DNA of 64,000 nucleotides from Marsupella aquatica (GCA_973895155.1 OZ316894.1:19444805-19508804), one strand, 5' to 3'; shown: positions 25,345 to 37,071, numbered from the stretch's first letter. The notes: generated from the sequence alone by a model not told the origin. A program made the numbers and translations.

Positions 25345-28300
25345 TCAATTCCTACCATTCATTTCTAGAGTAACTTCCATTGAAGTTTCTTCTTGATAAT
25401 TTCTTACTATGCTACCTTCACCTTCTTGGTCTTTCTCCTCCTTGAGAAATTCTGAGAGTCGGATTTTAATACGATCTATTGTTTTCTTGTAAAGAGTATC
25501 AGACCTTGTTAGCATAAAATTATATGCAAACACCGTAGTTGAAGACAGATCAAGGTCTTGATGAAACCAAACTGGTTTCAAGGTTCCCTTGCCTCGTCCA
25601 CTTTTTTTCTTCTCGTAACTCAATACTTCTGGCAGATATTTTCCTTTCCAAGGGTCAGATCCTTTCTTTGCTGCATGCCACAAAACTGAGATAATCTTTG
25701 GGATGTGAGCCTCATCGCGAAGAACAATTTTTTCCACTTTAGCCACCCAAAATGATTGAGACTTCTCTCCGGCCACAGAAATAAATGTGTTGATTTCCAA
25801 ATCCGAAAAATCACCTTCCATATTCTCCTTCTCTGCATCTATCTTTTCTTGATTTCGATATGGACCAACATAAATATCTCTAGTTGGACCGTACACTCTC
25901 TCTTCAATTTCTTCCTCATTCAATATAGTTGTAAGAGGTTCAGCTCCAAGATCAGCTTCAACATTTGTATCCCCTTTCGCCTTGGGCCATTCAAATGGAG
26001 AGATCAAAGGTCTTTCTTCAAGCAAGAGAGATTGATTGAATTCTCTTTGTTCCTCAAAAAAAGAAGTCCACCAAACAACTTCTTCTTCAGAGAATAATAT
26101 CTGAGCTGCAAATATACCTTTCTGAATTTCATTCAAACAATCATCCATTTCGGACAGGGTCATTTTTCCCGAAGATGATATGTGAGCTTGATTTCCAGCC
26201 CTTCCTTCATCTCGTTTCTTGTCTCCTTTCTTCACAAGTGGCATCCCATCCGAGCAACCAATCACCTTTAGTGGCAAGTCTTCTTTCAACAATTTAACAC
26301 CTCCTTCTGGTTTCCAAATAGTGTCGGTGGAAATTTTCTTCCCCCATTGTGTTGGAACTTGATCATCTTCACAAGCAAAAGAAATTTTGTACTGGTGATG
26401 GAATGTAACATTTCGTATCCTTTCTCTGATCATAGCAGGCTCTGAGAAAGCAAATTTTCGGAAATCGTATGTCTCATTTAAAAGGGTAATTTCAGGGTGA
26501 GGTTGGTAAGACTCTCGAATAATCTTACATAAACTATCATAGGTAAAGGCCTTAAATCTTCCAAGCCTTTTTGAAAACCTACTGAACATCTGATCTATTT
26601 GATCATGGGTATGTCCAACTAAGAGGAATCCAAGTTTGATTTTTCGAAATACCTTTTTTTGTACCAGCATGTGAAGATATGTGAAAAGTAAATTGTTTTT
26701 GTTTTCCCTACTTGTATTGTCAAGCTGAAGGTAAAAAACAGGTGGAAGGCCCCCATACTTCTCTTGATATTCTAGGAATACTCTTTGTAAAATAGTAATG
26801 GTAAGATTTCCATCATTATGGAGAATTGGATAATTAAGGAAAACCCTAGAAAATAGTGCTCCGTGGAAAAGAAGACAACCAACCACATGCATTTGGATTA
26901 AGCAGGACTCATCGACGGATTTTGGAGGACGTGGCCAATGGGGTAATCTAGTCATTTTTTGATCCATTCCATCAATCACAACTCCCAAATATTTTTCTGG
27001 GTTTGTGAAACACTTCTTTCGATGCTTTGCCAGTTTTTCCCGCTCTTTTGATTGTTGCTCTCGATGTTTTTGTAACATTATTTCTCCTCTCCCTGCAATC
27101 AATCCAAAAATGGTCGAGCAAAGTTGTTAACTTGAAATTCATTCCTAATGTTTAGCCATTCCTCAATTGATTTCCTGACAATTATCTAATACAAAGACAT
27201 GTTCAAAACAACAAAATAAAAATGACTTACGTTTTTCAGTTTCGGAGACTCCTTTGTCTTGAATGGTTTTGAATTCTTCACAGTCCGCACAAGCACTAAA
27301 ACGATTCACAGGAGGAATCTTCACGTGCCCAAAGTCTTGTGACCATACTTTCAAAAATTGCCGATATGATATTTTGGATGACTCGTCAGTGATCACATAG
27401 CTTGAATCATATATTTTCCGAACTTCTAGCTTGGAATAATTATCAGGCAAATGTGAAACATCTTTATTTGGTAGAGTCTCCACACGAGTCTCAAAAAACG
27501 ACTTCAACCAAGAACTCAACACTAATGTTCTCACAGATTGAGGTCGACCAACCGGTCTAGGATAAGCAAGATCTTGATTGCCTAGCTTCTTGATCCTATT
27601 CAATCTTTCATTTCCTACACAAAAGACCATCTTGAAAGATTTTCGACACACGTCTCTTTGTCCAATCATGTATGTGACATTGGACCTCCCCTCTTCATTT
27701 CCGTCTTGCTTGACGAGCCACTGCAAAGATAAAGATCGATCCTGAGATTTTTGCCTCAAAAACTTTGAGCGTGCTTCACGAATTTGTTTTGGTGAAAGAC
27801 TCAGGAGACAATGACGTTGACAACAATACTTACGATTTGTCTTCTTGATATCCTCGTCTGTCATCTTTGTTTCACACAAGCGGAGATTTGACGGTCGTTT
27901 ATTAGCCATCATAGGTCTCTCTGCATGCTCTCCTTCACTCTCAGACGAAGATTCTTCGATTGAAGATGATATCTCCACAAGTTTATCGAGTTGGTATGCA
28001 GACAAGCCCCTCCTCACCCGCCCGCGAGGACTCAATGGCTCCTCCTTCACTCTCAAAAGGAGTGAGTTTGATCGATTTCCATCTGAATCCCCAAAGAAAC
28101 CACCTTGGGTTGACTCTCTTGCCCTCTTGTTTGGAATCTCTTCAAAGATCTTCTTCTTGCCCTTGTTGTATCCTAACTTAGATCCACTTCCAACCTCAGC
28201 CAAACGATCAAAGTTCCCTGGAGATCTTCTCAAATTGATCCTCTCCTTGTTCGAATTCATCTCATTTCCAAGAGGCCTCCTTGTTTCCGCTCTCACTCCT

Positions 28301-28806
28301 TCTTGAAATCTGAAGGATGTAGGACGAGAATACTCAATCTCTTTCATTGGTGCATGTTGCACACCACGACTTTCCCGTAGTGCACAAAAATCCACTTTCG
28401 GGGTTTGACTGGGCCTGTTTGGCACATCTCCAGATCTGGCCTTCATGAATTCATGAGTCCTCTTTTTCACATCTCCACTATGTTGAGGGCCTACAGAATG
28501 CACCCCCAAATTAACCCCCTTTTGAGAAGGATTCGATAATACTTGACGGCCAGGGGGACTTGTACTCTCAGATGAGTCTGAAGACTCAGAAGGATCACTC
28601 ACACAAGGACCAAATAATTTTTGCTTCATATTTGGTACACTAAGAGCCTTGACTTTCAGCTTACTCATTGGAGTTGGGGGAGGCATCTCCAAAATAGTGG
28701 TTTTGCTAGGAGCATCTGGAGAAGTAACAGGACAGGGACAGTTCGGGAAGGAAACATCATCCGAAATACCATCAGAATAATCGTCCGACTCATAACAGGC
28801 TGCCAT
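25345..28806 (-). CDS. Sola-like DDD/E transposase, spliced, ~1107 aa
   Basis: Exons 28806-27231 and 27092-25345; the GTAAGT...TTGCAG intron joins them in frame (EKR|RGEIM). Cys motifs CCQRHC, VCRKSF, RFSACADC. Catalytic-type motifs VIDGMDQ, YLQLDNTSRENKN and FLLVGHTHDQIDQMFS. No stop in the spliced frame. The superfamily call is from motif recall (DUF7869-like), not an HMM search. Confidence 0.8.
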
Positions 28807-29883
28807 TTCAAAATATGCACAAAACTCACAAGGGAACACCTAAAACACCAAATGAACTCAAACTGAAAAATTGAAATGAGATAGAGTCATGAATAAGAAG
28901 CCCCTTTTATAGGTTTTTGAAAATAACTCAAAATATTAATTAGCAATAAAATTAAGAAATGTGCCACACTGTTTATTAGGAAGTAGTGACAAGGAAAGAA
29001 ATCTTTCATGAGAAAATAATTTATTGTTTCTCCAAATCTCACAGGTTAACTTATGTTTTCAGGTTTCTAATACTCATAGAGTTCTTGGAGACTTGGATAA
29101 CTCATTGCTGAAGTCTTCTCCTGAAATATTGTCAACAAAGGTGTCATAATTTTATTTTTTACTAAAAGCATATGTTTTCATGCCAACATCTTAAGATAGT
29201 GTATCAGTAATGCATTGGTCATTTTTACCCCACTTTTTTGTTCATGTTTTTGCATACTATTCAATTGCAAGCAAAAATGTCTTAGATGACCCCTGTTTTA
29301 GGCATTTTCTTGGTTTTTACTTGTATTTCTTTTCCCCGTTGTATTGGTTATTTTGGGCACAAATTTTGACTTTTTACTAGATTCTTTCAAAATGATACTT
29401 GATTCCCTTTCATGAATTCATGAAGGGTTACGACCTTCCTGGATTCGTGAAGTGGAGGTGGCAAAAGGTTCATGAATTCATGAACCCAAAAATTGGAAAT
29501 TGCTAAGTTTGGGACAAATTGGACTGTCAGCTGCTGGGAGTATGGGCGTGCATCTGCAAAGCGTGACGGGAAAGGAAGCTCGGCAAAGAGCTATGGTGGC
29601 CTGATGTTTGGTGCTGTGGAAAGTGCTTCCCTCAGTGATTGGTACGTTCTGAATAGGAATTGAATTGAGTCTTTGATTGAATCCCTAAACTGGAACCGAA
29701 AATCAGGGCCGGACCAACATCTGGTGCAACTATCTAATCTCGGAGTGGAATGGAAGCTCGAATGGAAGCTTGCAGTGGACTGGAATAGCGTGACTGTTCA
29801 GGCGCACATCAATCGTGGAAGGGAGGGGAAGAGTTGGCTTGCGAGTTGGGGAGAGTTTTGAGTGAGCGCAGCAGGCGAGGCAG

Positions 29884-30335
29884 CCGACAATTGTTTTCGG
29901 GGAAGAGAAATTGTCAAGCTGGGGAGGGAGGCGAAATTGTCGAAGGCCAAGGAGTGAGGCAAAATTGTCGAAGGCCAGGGGAGTGAGGGATTGTCGAAGG
30001 CCTGGGAGAAGCAATTGTTTTCGGGGAAGAGAAATTTTCGAAGGCTAGGGAGGGAGGAAAAATTGTCGAAGGCTGGGGAGGGAGGCAAAATTGTCGAAGG
30101 CCAAGGAGTGAGCAGAAATTGTCGAAGGCCGGGGGAGTGAGCGGAAATTGTCGAAGGCGCCCGGGGGAGAAATTGTCGAAGCGTCAAGGGAGAAGCGATT
30201 ATCAAAGGCCGGGGGAGAGAAAGAGTAAAATGCTAGGGCGAGAGAAATAGTCGAAGGCCAGGGGAGAGAAATAGTCGAAGGCGCAGCGAGGAGAAATAGT
30301 AGAAGGCACAGGGAGGAGAAATTGGTGAAGGTCGG
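29884..30335. repeat. Array of ~15 AAATTGTCGAAGGC-like motifs, period ~23-29 bp, purine-rich spacers
   Basis: Seen directly. It lies between the divergent transposase and methyltransferase start codons. Confidence 0.9.
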
Positions 30336-30755
30336 GGGAGGGAACAAGAGTCACCGGCCGAGGGAGCGACCAACGGAGGTGGAAGGGAAGAGCCGTCGGT
30401 AGAAGGGAGGCGTGCAGAGAAAGGAGAATTAGAAGGGGGAGAGACGATCGGGAGGCCTTTGGAGTCGGGACCAAGAGAGGGACAAACTACATTAAGTTGG
30501 GAGGGATCGATCGGCTCGGGCATCGGCTAGGGAGGTGGAGGAGATAAGCTAAGCCAAATCAGGGAGAAAAATACCTAAGACACACTTCTGAGCGGGAATA
30601 ACCATCTAGGCTCGGGCGCTGCAAATTCAACTTCTGACTCCACTGTTAAGGTAAGAACCTTGCTTCATGAAATCATGAACATAAATTCTACAACTGAACT
30701 TGCCAAACGAACAGGGCTAACTTTGAAATGTTGGACTTGATTTCAGGAAGTCAAG

Positions 30756-33700
30756 ATGGTTGAACCAAAATCACAGGAGAAGGTGTTAGACTCAATTTTT
30801 GTTGAGCATCCTTTGACAGATTTTGGAAACTCTTCTTGGACAATATCATTGGGGACAGAATCGTGGAAGAAACCTTTTTTGATGTTGTGCATCTACGAGA
30901 CCTTGCCTTCTGGAGGTCTTGGTTGGGTGAATTATGGCCGGATTGATGTCTTTTGATGAGGGGGCGATGTACTCAATATGATTATCACAACAAAGGAGAC
31001 GTCTACACTGATTGCAGTTGACATTGAGAGATTTTCTGGAAGAGCTGCGCATTGTTACTTGGCTGATGACATTGAGATGATTATTGAGAAGGTGAAGAAT
31101 CTGTCGGCAGAAGAAAGCTATGATGAGATTGCACAGCTCATTGCTGGTTATGTGTTTGAACATCACGCCAGCACACTGAAGAGTGCAATTCGAAAGTCTA
31201 GGGAGATTCTTCGAAAAGCAACAGAGAAGAGTGCCAGTGCCCGTCCACCAAAGTCTGGTCCTTCTTCTGCTCCTTCTGGATCTCGTCTGAGCTCTGTCCC
31301 GGCAAGAAAGATGGTTGTTACATCTCCAATATCTGGTGGTGGTTCACAAAATGTAAGATCGCAAGAGGGGACAACCGTGACTGGAGGATCAGCACAGGGC
31401 ACTGCCGGTACTCGGACTTCATCAAAGAAACGTGGACCAGAGGGTTCTCAAGGTGCAGGACCAACTCCACCAAAATCCAAGAAGCAGACATTGGAAAAAG
31501 TCCCCACTCATTTGGAGCAGAAGGCTCAATCTATGTCCATGGATGCTCGGGTGATCTACCAGGAAGGGATTTTGATGAGGTGTGGAGTTCAAGAGGAGAC
31601 AGTCACTATTGACATTGGACAACTTCACCCACCTGTCCGTGAGAAATCTTTGGAGTTGCCAGTGTACCAAGTAAGGCATATCCAGCCCTACTTTCTTACA
31701 CAATTGACCACAAGGATGAAAGCAACTGGAGCTAGTCCACTAGCAGCACCTTTTGTTCTCTTGGTTGATCCCAAGGAGTGCCCAACTCGAGGTGATTTTG
31801 ATTTCTCAAAAAAGAATGAGTACCACTATTACGTGATTGGGGGAAATCATTTTGCTTGTGCAAAGGCAGACCTGGCATTACAATTTCCCAACAACAAGTC
31901 CTACAGGAGAGTGCAATCTTGGATCTTTGCAGGCTTATCTATCCAGGAAGCAAGGAACTTAGCTTGGAGTCATAATATAGACTCTGAATTTCGTCAACAG
32001 ATGAGCACCATCCAAAGAGTGAATTACATTCACATGCGATTTGTGGAGAATGGATCTTCATCAAATGTTGATTTCAAGAAGGAGTGTGCCACTGAAATCA
32101 ATCTAAAGGACTGGGGTGTACGTAAAGATTCTGAGGTTCTGAATGCCAATGATAATTTATTTCAGTTGGCATTTCGTAAGGATCTTGTTTGGTCTTTCAT
32201 ACGACAGATCTTTGACAGATGGGAGAATTGTGAAATAAAAGGACAGAAAGGAGATAAGACCAAGAAAAAGATATCCAAGTCTAGAGATGCTAGAATGTTG
32301 TGTGAGGATATGAAGTTGACTGAGTGGAGACACATGCAGGCATTGAAAGATCCAGACATGATCTGTCCAGTGTTACAAAGGGTTTTGGCAAAGGAACTAT
32401 CTCTTCAAGAGATGGGACAGGAATTTCAACGACACAAATTCCAAATGCAAGTGCAAAAAGCATTTCTTACCTGCCTTCATGAAGAGAGTTGGAAGAATTG
32501 CAAAACCAAGTACCCAGAACACTGCACTGATAATGTGCTGAAGAACTTTGTTCCTGTCTCCCAGACTTGGGTAAGTTTATTTGAGATAATTGATTGTGCA
32601 TGTTTATTTGAGATAATTTATTGTGCATTTGTTTTACAATTTTATTCTTGAGTATGTAGGAATCTAATACCCAAATTGCTTCTCTCAGAAAGACAGCAGC
32701 TCCCGGAAAAAGAAAGGAGAGAGTGAAGAAAGCAAAGAGTTGAAGTCCTTCCCAGATAAGTTCAATGCGCATATTGCACAAGCACAGAACTGGTGGGCAA
32801 TGAAGACATCTTGCCGAGAGACCCAGGGAAGTGAACTCCACCCTAATGCTTTTGAGCATCCACAGTTTGGGGATGTATACTATGATATCTTTATACATGA
32901 TGCTCAACGGTTGCACGAGGTAGTCCCATCACGAGCTTACACATTGGCTTTGGCAGATATTCCTTATGGGTTTGGAATGACTGCTTGTCTTCACGAAGAC
33001 AATGTTGGATGGGGTGTGGAAGAGGTGACCAAGATGGTTCAGTGTTTCAAGGTTGTCACCAAGGCCAATCTTTGGCGAATTATCATTCATCATAGTATTG
33101 ACCAGTACGATGCTATCAAGACTGTCTTGAAAGCTGAGTGTAATGGTGGTTTCCAGAATTGCATTTGGTAAGAAATATTTCAAAACATGAATATTTTTTT
33201 TTGGTATTCATGATTTCATGATGTTGGATTTTGAAATAAATTCATAATGAAAGTTTTGGTTTTTGTAGGGTGAAAGACAATGTTAAGAATGCAGGAGGTG
33301 CAAGGCTTAACAACAACTTTGAGTGTTTTACCATCGGCTTTCACAATCAGGATGGGAAACGATCTTTGGAGCATTTCAATTTTGAGACTAATGAGTCTCG
33401 AAATAATGTGGTTGTGTGTCCAGCTGTGACCAATAAGTTGAAACACAATGGGGACAATAAGATGGTGAACTTTTACCAGAAGCCAAGAGTATTATTGGAT
33501 TGGGAAGTTACCCATTTTAGCCAGGTTGGAGACTGGGTGCTAGATATTTGTTCAGGGTCAGGCACAGGATTGTCTTCCTCTTTGGCACAAGGAAGACATT
33601 GTGTTGCTGTAGAGATTGATGAGCGCCAGAGCAGTGTCTTGAAAGGGAGGATTCTAAACCTGGTGGACAACATTGAGGAAGATGACGGCAAGGGCATGGT

Positions 33701-33827
33701 GGATTCAGATGTTGATGTTGAAGAGACCATTCTACCAATACCAGAGATAGGAGTTGAAGAGGAGGAAATCATTGGACTTGACTCTTCAGGAGTTGTAGCA
33801 AGTGTTGAGGAAACAAGAGATGCTTAG
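30756..33827 (+). CDS. ParB/Srx-like domain fused to a beta-class N6-adenine/N4-cytosine DNA methyltransferase, spliced, ~950 codons (two in-frame TGA at 30954-30959, possibly pseudogenised)
   Basis: Exons 30756-32570, 32689-33167 and 33269-33827 with GT-AG introns in matching phase (QTW|KDSS; NCIW|VKDN). ParB-like motifs: IDIGQLHPP..YQVR, PFVLLV, YYVIGGNHFACA, EARNLAWSHN. MTase motifs: IV LALADIPYG, CIWVK...E, X QKPRVLL, I VLDICSGSGTG, GRHCVAVEID. The order IV before X-I is the beta class. Confidence 0.8.
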
Positions 33828-35260
33828 ATGAGGATATTTTTGTAAGACTTTTTACTGTTGTTTTAGCTACAAAGAACTAGACTTTAATGGCAAGTTTTGA
33901 GATGTCAATGGCCTTTGAGCCTAGACTATGATATTTATACTTGTTTTGAGAGGTCTATTCTATTAAAATCAGGTTTTGAATATATTTTGTCTCAAACATT
34001 GCTGTAAACTCTAGTTTAAAAATTCAAAGGATGAATGTCAATAAAATATGCTGATTTTAGTGCCTATTTTAGGACTCTATTTCTCAAAATCATGATTATT
34101 TTGAAAAAGGAATTAAGGCCTTAGACCCATCCTTTAAGGCTTTGTGTTTATATGACTGCTGTGTTTAATGACCATACTTATCTCTGAGTATATAGTTAAG
34201 ACTTAGGTTTGTCTGTGTTTGCAATCCATGACTAATTCGTGATAAGTATCGATCAATGGCTTAACTAGATAAAGTGAATGACTTGGTATATGTGTATTTA
34301 AAGAGGCCTGCACATTTTGTTACCATACTCGACGTTGTACAGACTTCACTTATGTATGCTATGACATTGGCCTTGAATGGGTGTTTTTCCTATGAATTTA
34401 TCTCTCTTGTCTTTTGTAGGGTTAGAATTTGTGATCTTGGGGATGTGGTTGTTGCAGGTCCTACTAGTGTTAACAATGTAACGGTTGTTACCCATGCATC
34501 AAGTCACGGTGTTAGGCAAAGCAGCCTGGCTCAAGAAGGAGGCATAATTGCTACCCTCTGGATTTGGTTTCCCCCCTTCCTTTGGAGGTCAATGGGGCCT
34601 TACATCCTGTCTTTGACCAACACGGACATGCATGTGCAGTCCTTTAGATCTGAAGAGGACGGTCTAATCCCACATTATTTTCCATACCTTCTGTAGATGG
34701 TGGATGTCTGACACAGTACAAAGGGCTCAAGCATTCAAAGGGCTCAAGCATTTACTAGTCTTTGAGAGCTTGGAGCTGTTAGTTTTAGGGCTTCAAGAAA
34801 TCTTTGTGACCCTCTTAGACACATTACAGAGGGCTCAAGTCAAGGCTGTTAGTTTTAGGGCTTCTAGATCTTCTGGTCCCCTCTTAATATGTGGATTTTT
34901 CCAGAGCTTCACCAAGCTTTTCGGCTTGCGGCTTAATTCTACTTTAGAGCCAATTCCCATGTGACTGCCCTGAAGGATGTGGCCCTTAGTACTAGCTAAA
35001 CCCTAGGCAAAAAGCAAATCTAGATTTAAAACTGGATCTGCTTAAGTGCAAAGTCTTTGCTTTTGTTCTATTCTGAATGCAAAGGTCAGGACCTTAAGCT
35101 GCTGGAAAGTCTGGCCTTTGCCCTTGAAAGTCCACAATCTTTGTCCTCAGGCCTGGCACAGGAGGGGGTTCAGGCATGTAAATGGTGTCTATTATATGCA
35201 GCCATGAGTCAAGTTGAGAGCCACATTCTTCAGGACTCAGTACATGCAAGTTGGGCCTTA

Positions 35261-35621
35261 GGGCCACTTTACAAGACGGGCGCGGCAATTTGAGTGCTTT
35301 CTACCAGGGCTGTGACAGAGCCCAACTTTAGTGGTACGGTAGGACTCTAGACCAATCCAAGGCAGGAATCCTAGGAGGAAGCGGGCTGCCCATTTTTGCA
35401 CCTCCGGAGGTCTGATAGTCTAGTGCCCGGATGAGAGTCCCAAGCCGGCTGGCCCGAGCTGATCCATACCAGAATGCAGGTTCGGTTATTCCCGCAGCTC
35501 AACTTGCCGTGCCAGTCTTCTAAAGCAAGGAGCGCCCGGGCAGGCTGAAATAACGGTTGTGATTGATTCGATCATGAAAAAAGAGGGACTAAATTGCCGC
35601 GCCCGTCTTGTAAAGTGGCCC
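35261..35621. mobile_element. PIF/Harbinger (Tourist-like) MITE, 361 bp
   Basis: Perfect 31-bp TIR GGGCCACTTTACAAGACGGGCGCGGCAATTT and a TTA TSD at 35258-35260 and 35622-35624. Confidence 0.92.
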
Positions 35622-36112
35622 TTAGTTCCTTTGCTAACTCGTTGCTCTTGGCTCTTCCACTAGTTTTCCCCTCTTGTAGGGGACTGTGGGGCTGGCCTGG
35701 GTTTTCCCTTGTGCACACTTCTTCTTGGGACTAGTCTTGTGCACACTTCTTCTTCGGATGAAGCTGATGACTTAGATAAAATGGATTATCAAAGAATTTA
35801 TGGTTGCATGAGATCTCATCTTTAACAACATATTTGAACATTTATTTGTTTAAAATTCACTCGAAGGTTAACTCCATCGGGTTTAGATGAAGATCTTCAT
35901 GGTGGTAACCTTTTTGCTATTGTTGGGCGTTTTCTTGGACAAAACTTTGGTATTGATGGTAAATTGGTGGTGAACTATGCTTGCACCGTGGCCTGGGGAT
36001 AAAACCGATGGACAGCAAAGATGAAGGTCTAAATACACAGCAGTGCGGCATGCACTTGTGAAGAAGTAGATTGGGTGAGGATCGCAGTCCAAGGTTGTTG
36101 ATTCAAGTCATT

Positions 36113-36820
36113 CAATATGCCATCATCAACTTGATCCAATAGTGCTTTTGGAGTTCCGTGTTCGGTCTCAGGGGTTCTGTGTCGGGACCTTTCATTGTTA
36201 ACATTATTTTCCACTCCACCGTCCTCACTACCTGCCTTTGTCAATGTTTGACTCAGGATTCCTTATGGGGTCAATGCCAAAAAATCATACGAGTACCATC
36301 CTACCAAAATTACAGACTTACAGTGTTTAATTGCATTCCCACCTTGCTGCAATCTGAACAAGACTTTACTCCTGAAATGGTGGAGAAGATCATAGTTATG
36401 GTGTTGTTTCCACAGGTATTCAAAGCTAAGGTACTATCGAGGTCATACACCAGATTCCAGCCACTTTTTGTACTAAATGATAAAGAAGAACAGTGCCTTC
36501 CAACAAGGTTTTAGAGACAGGTGCTTGAGGAGTCTAAGAATTGGGGTGTCTTCGGCTCTCTGTTCCAGATTGCAGTAGGGTTGGGATGCAGTTCAACAGT
36601 GTCAATTTACAGTTCTGGTAGAACGATACTCACATGATTTTTCGACATTGACCCCCCAAGAAATCCCGAATCAAACACCGGCAGAAGCAAGTAGCGAGAG
36701 CAATGGAGTGAAAGATGATATTAACAATACTATGAACAATGAGAGGTACCGACACAGAACTCTTAAAGTCAAACACAAAACCCCGAAAGCACCATTGGAT
36801 CAACGTGATGATAGCATATA
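36113..36820. repeat. Diverged inverted repeat (~250-bp arms, ~200-bp spacer)
   Basis: 36113-36360 is the diverged reverse complement of 36562-36820. Shared blocks include CAGATTGCAG, CATTGACCCC, CCGACACAGAAC and TTGGATCAA. Confidence 0.7.
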
Positions 36821-37071
36821 CCAAAGCTACTACTTACCAGTACAAAGCATTTACCAAAGCTGCCACTTACCGGTACCGTAGCGGAGACTTGGGATGCCTC
36901 TCCAAATCTGCTACAGCTCTCGTGCTTCAATCCAATGCAAGCCGATTCAATTCAACCCATTCCCGAGCTGTAGTGTTCATATATTTTCTGTTTCCCATAA
37001 TTTTGTTGTGACAGAAAGTAGAGGTTTAATTCAGTCAGGTGACTGGGCAGGCAATCCCCGAGACTAGAAGG

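Larger units (their letters stand above)
25138..34100. mobile_element. Putative two-gene DNA transposon (Sola-like transposase plus ParB-like/amino-methyltransferase cargo), termini not identified
   Basis: Divergent transposase and methyltransferase genes with a central repeat array, and a shared TTCATGAA palindrome motif throughout. It sits where the RLK copy-2 5' end should be. The left end appears lost and the right limit is approximate. Confidence 0.65.

Noticed and set aside
29884-30335. CRISPR-like repeat/spacer appearance
   Set aside because: The repeat is only ~14 bp, the spacers are 10-15 bp and related to each other, there are no cas genes, and the context is eukaryotic.
30756-33827. 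Bacterial contamination as the source of the methyltransferase
   Set aside because: The gene has phase-consistent spliceosomal introns and is contiguous with plant genes and plant TEs. Read-level confirmation is still advisable.
35261-35621. MITE TIR as the right end of the transposase/MTase element
   Set aside because: Both TIRs and both TTA copies are local, so it is a self-contained Harbinger-type MITE.
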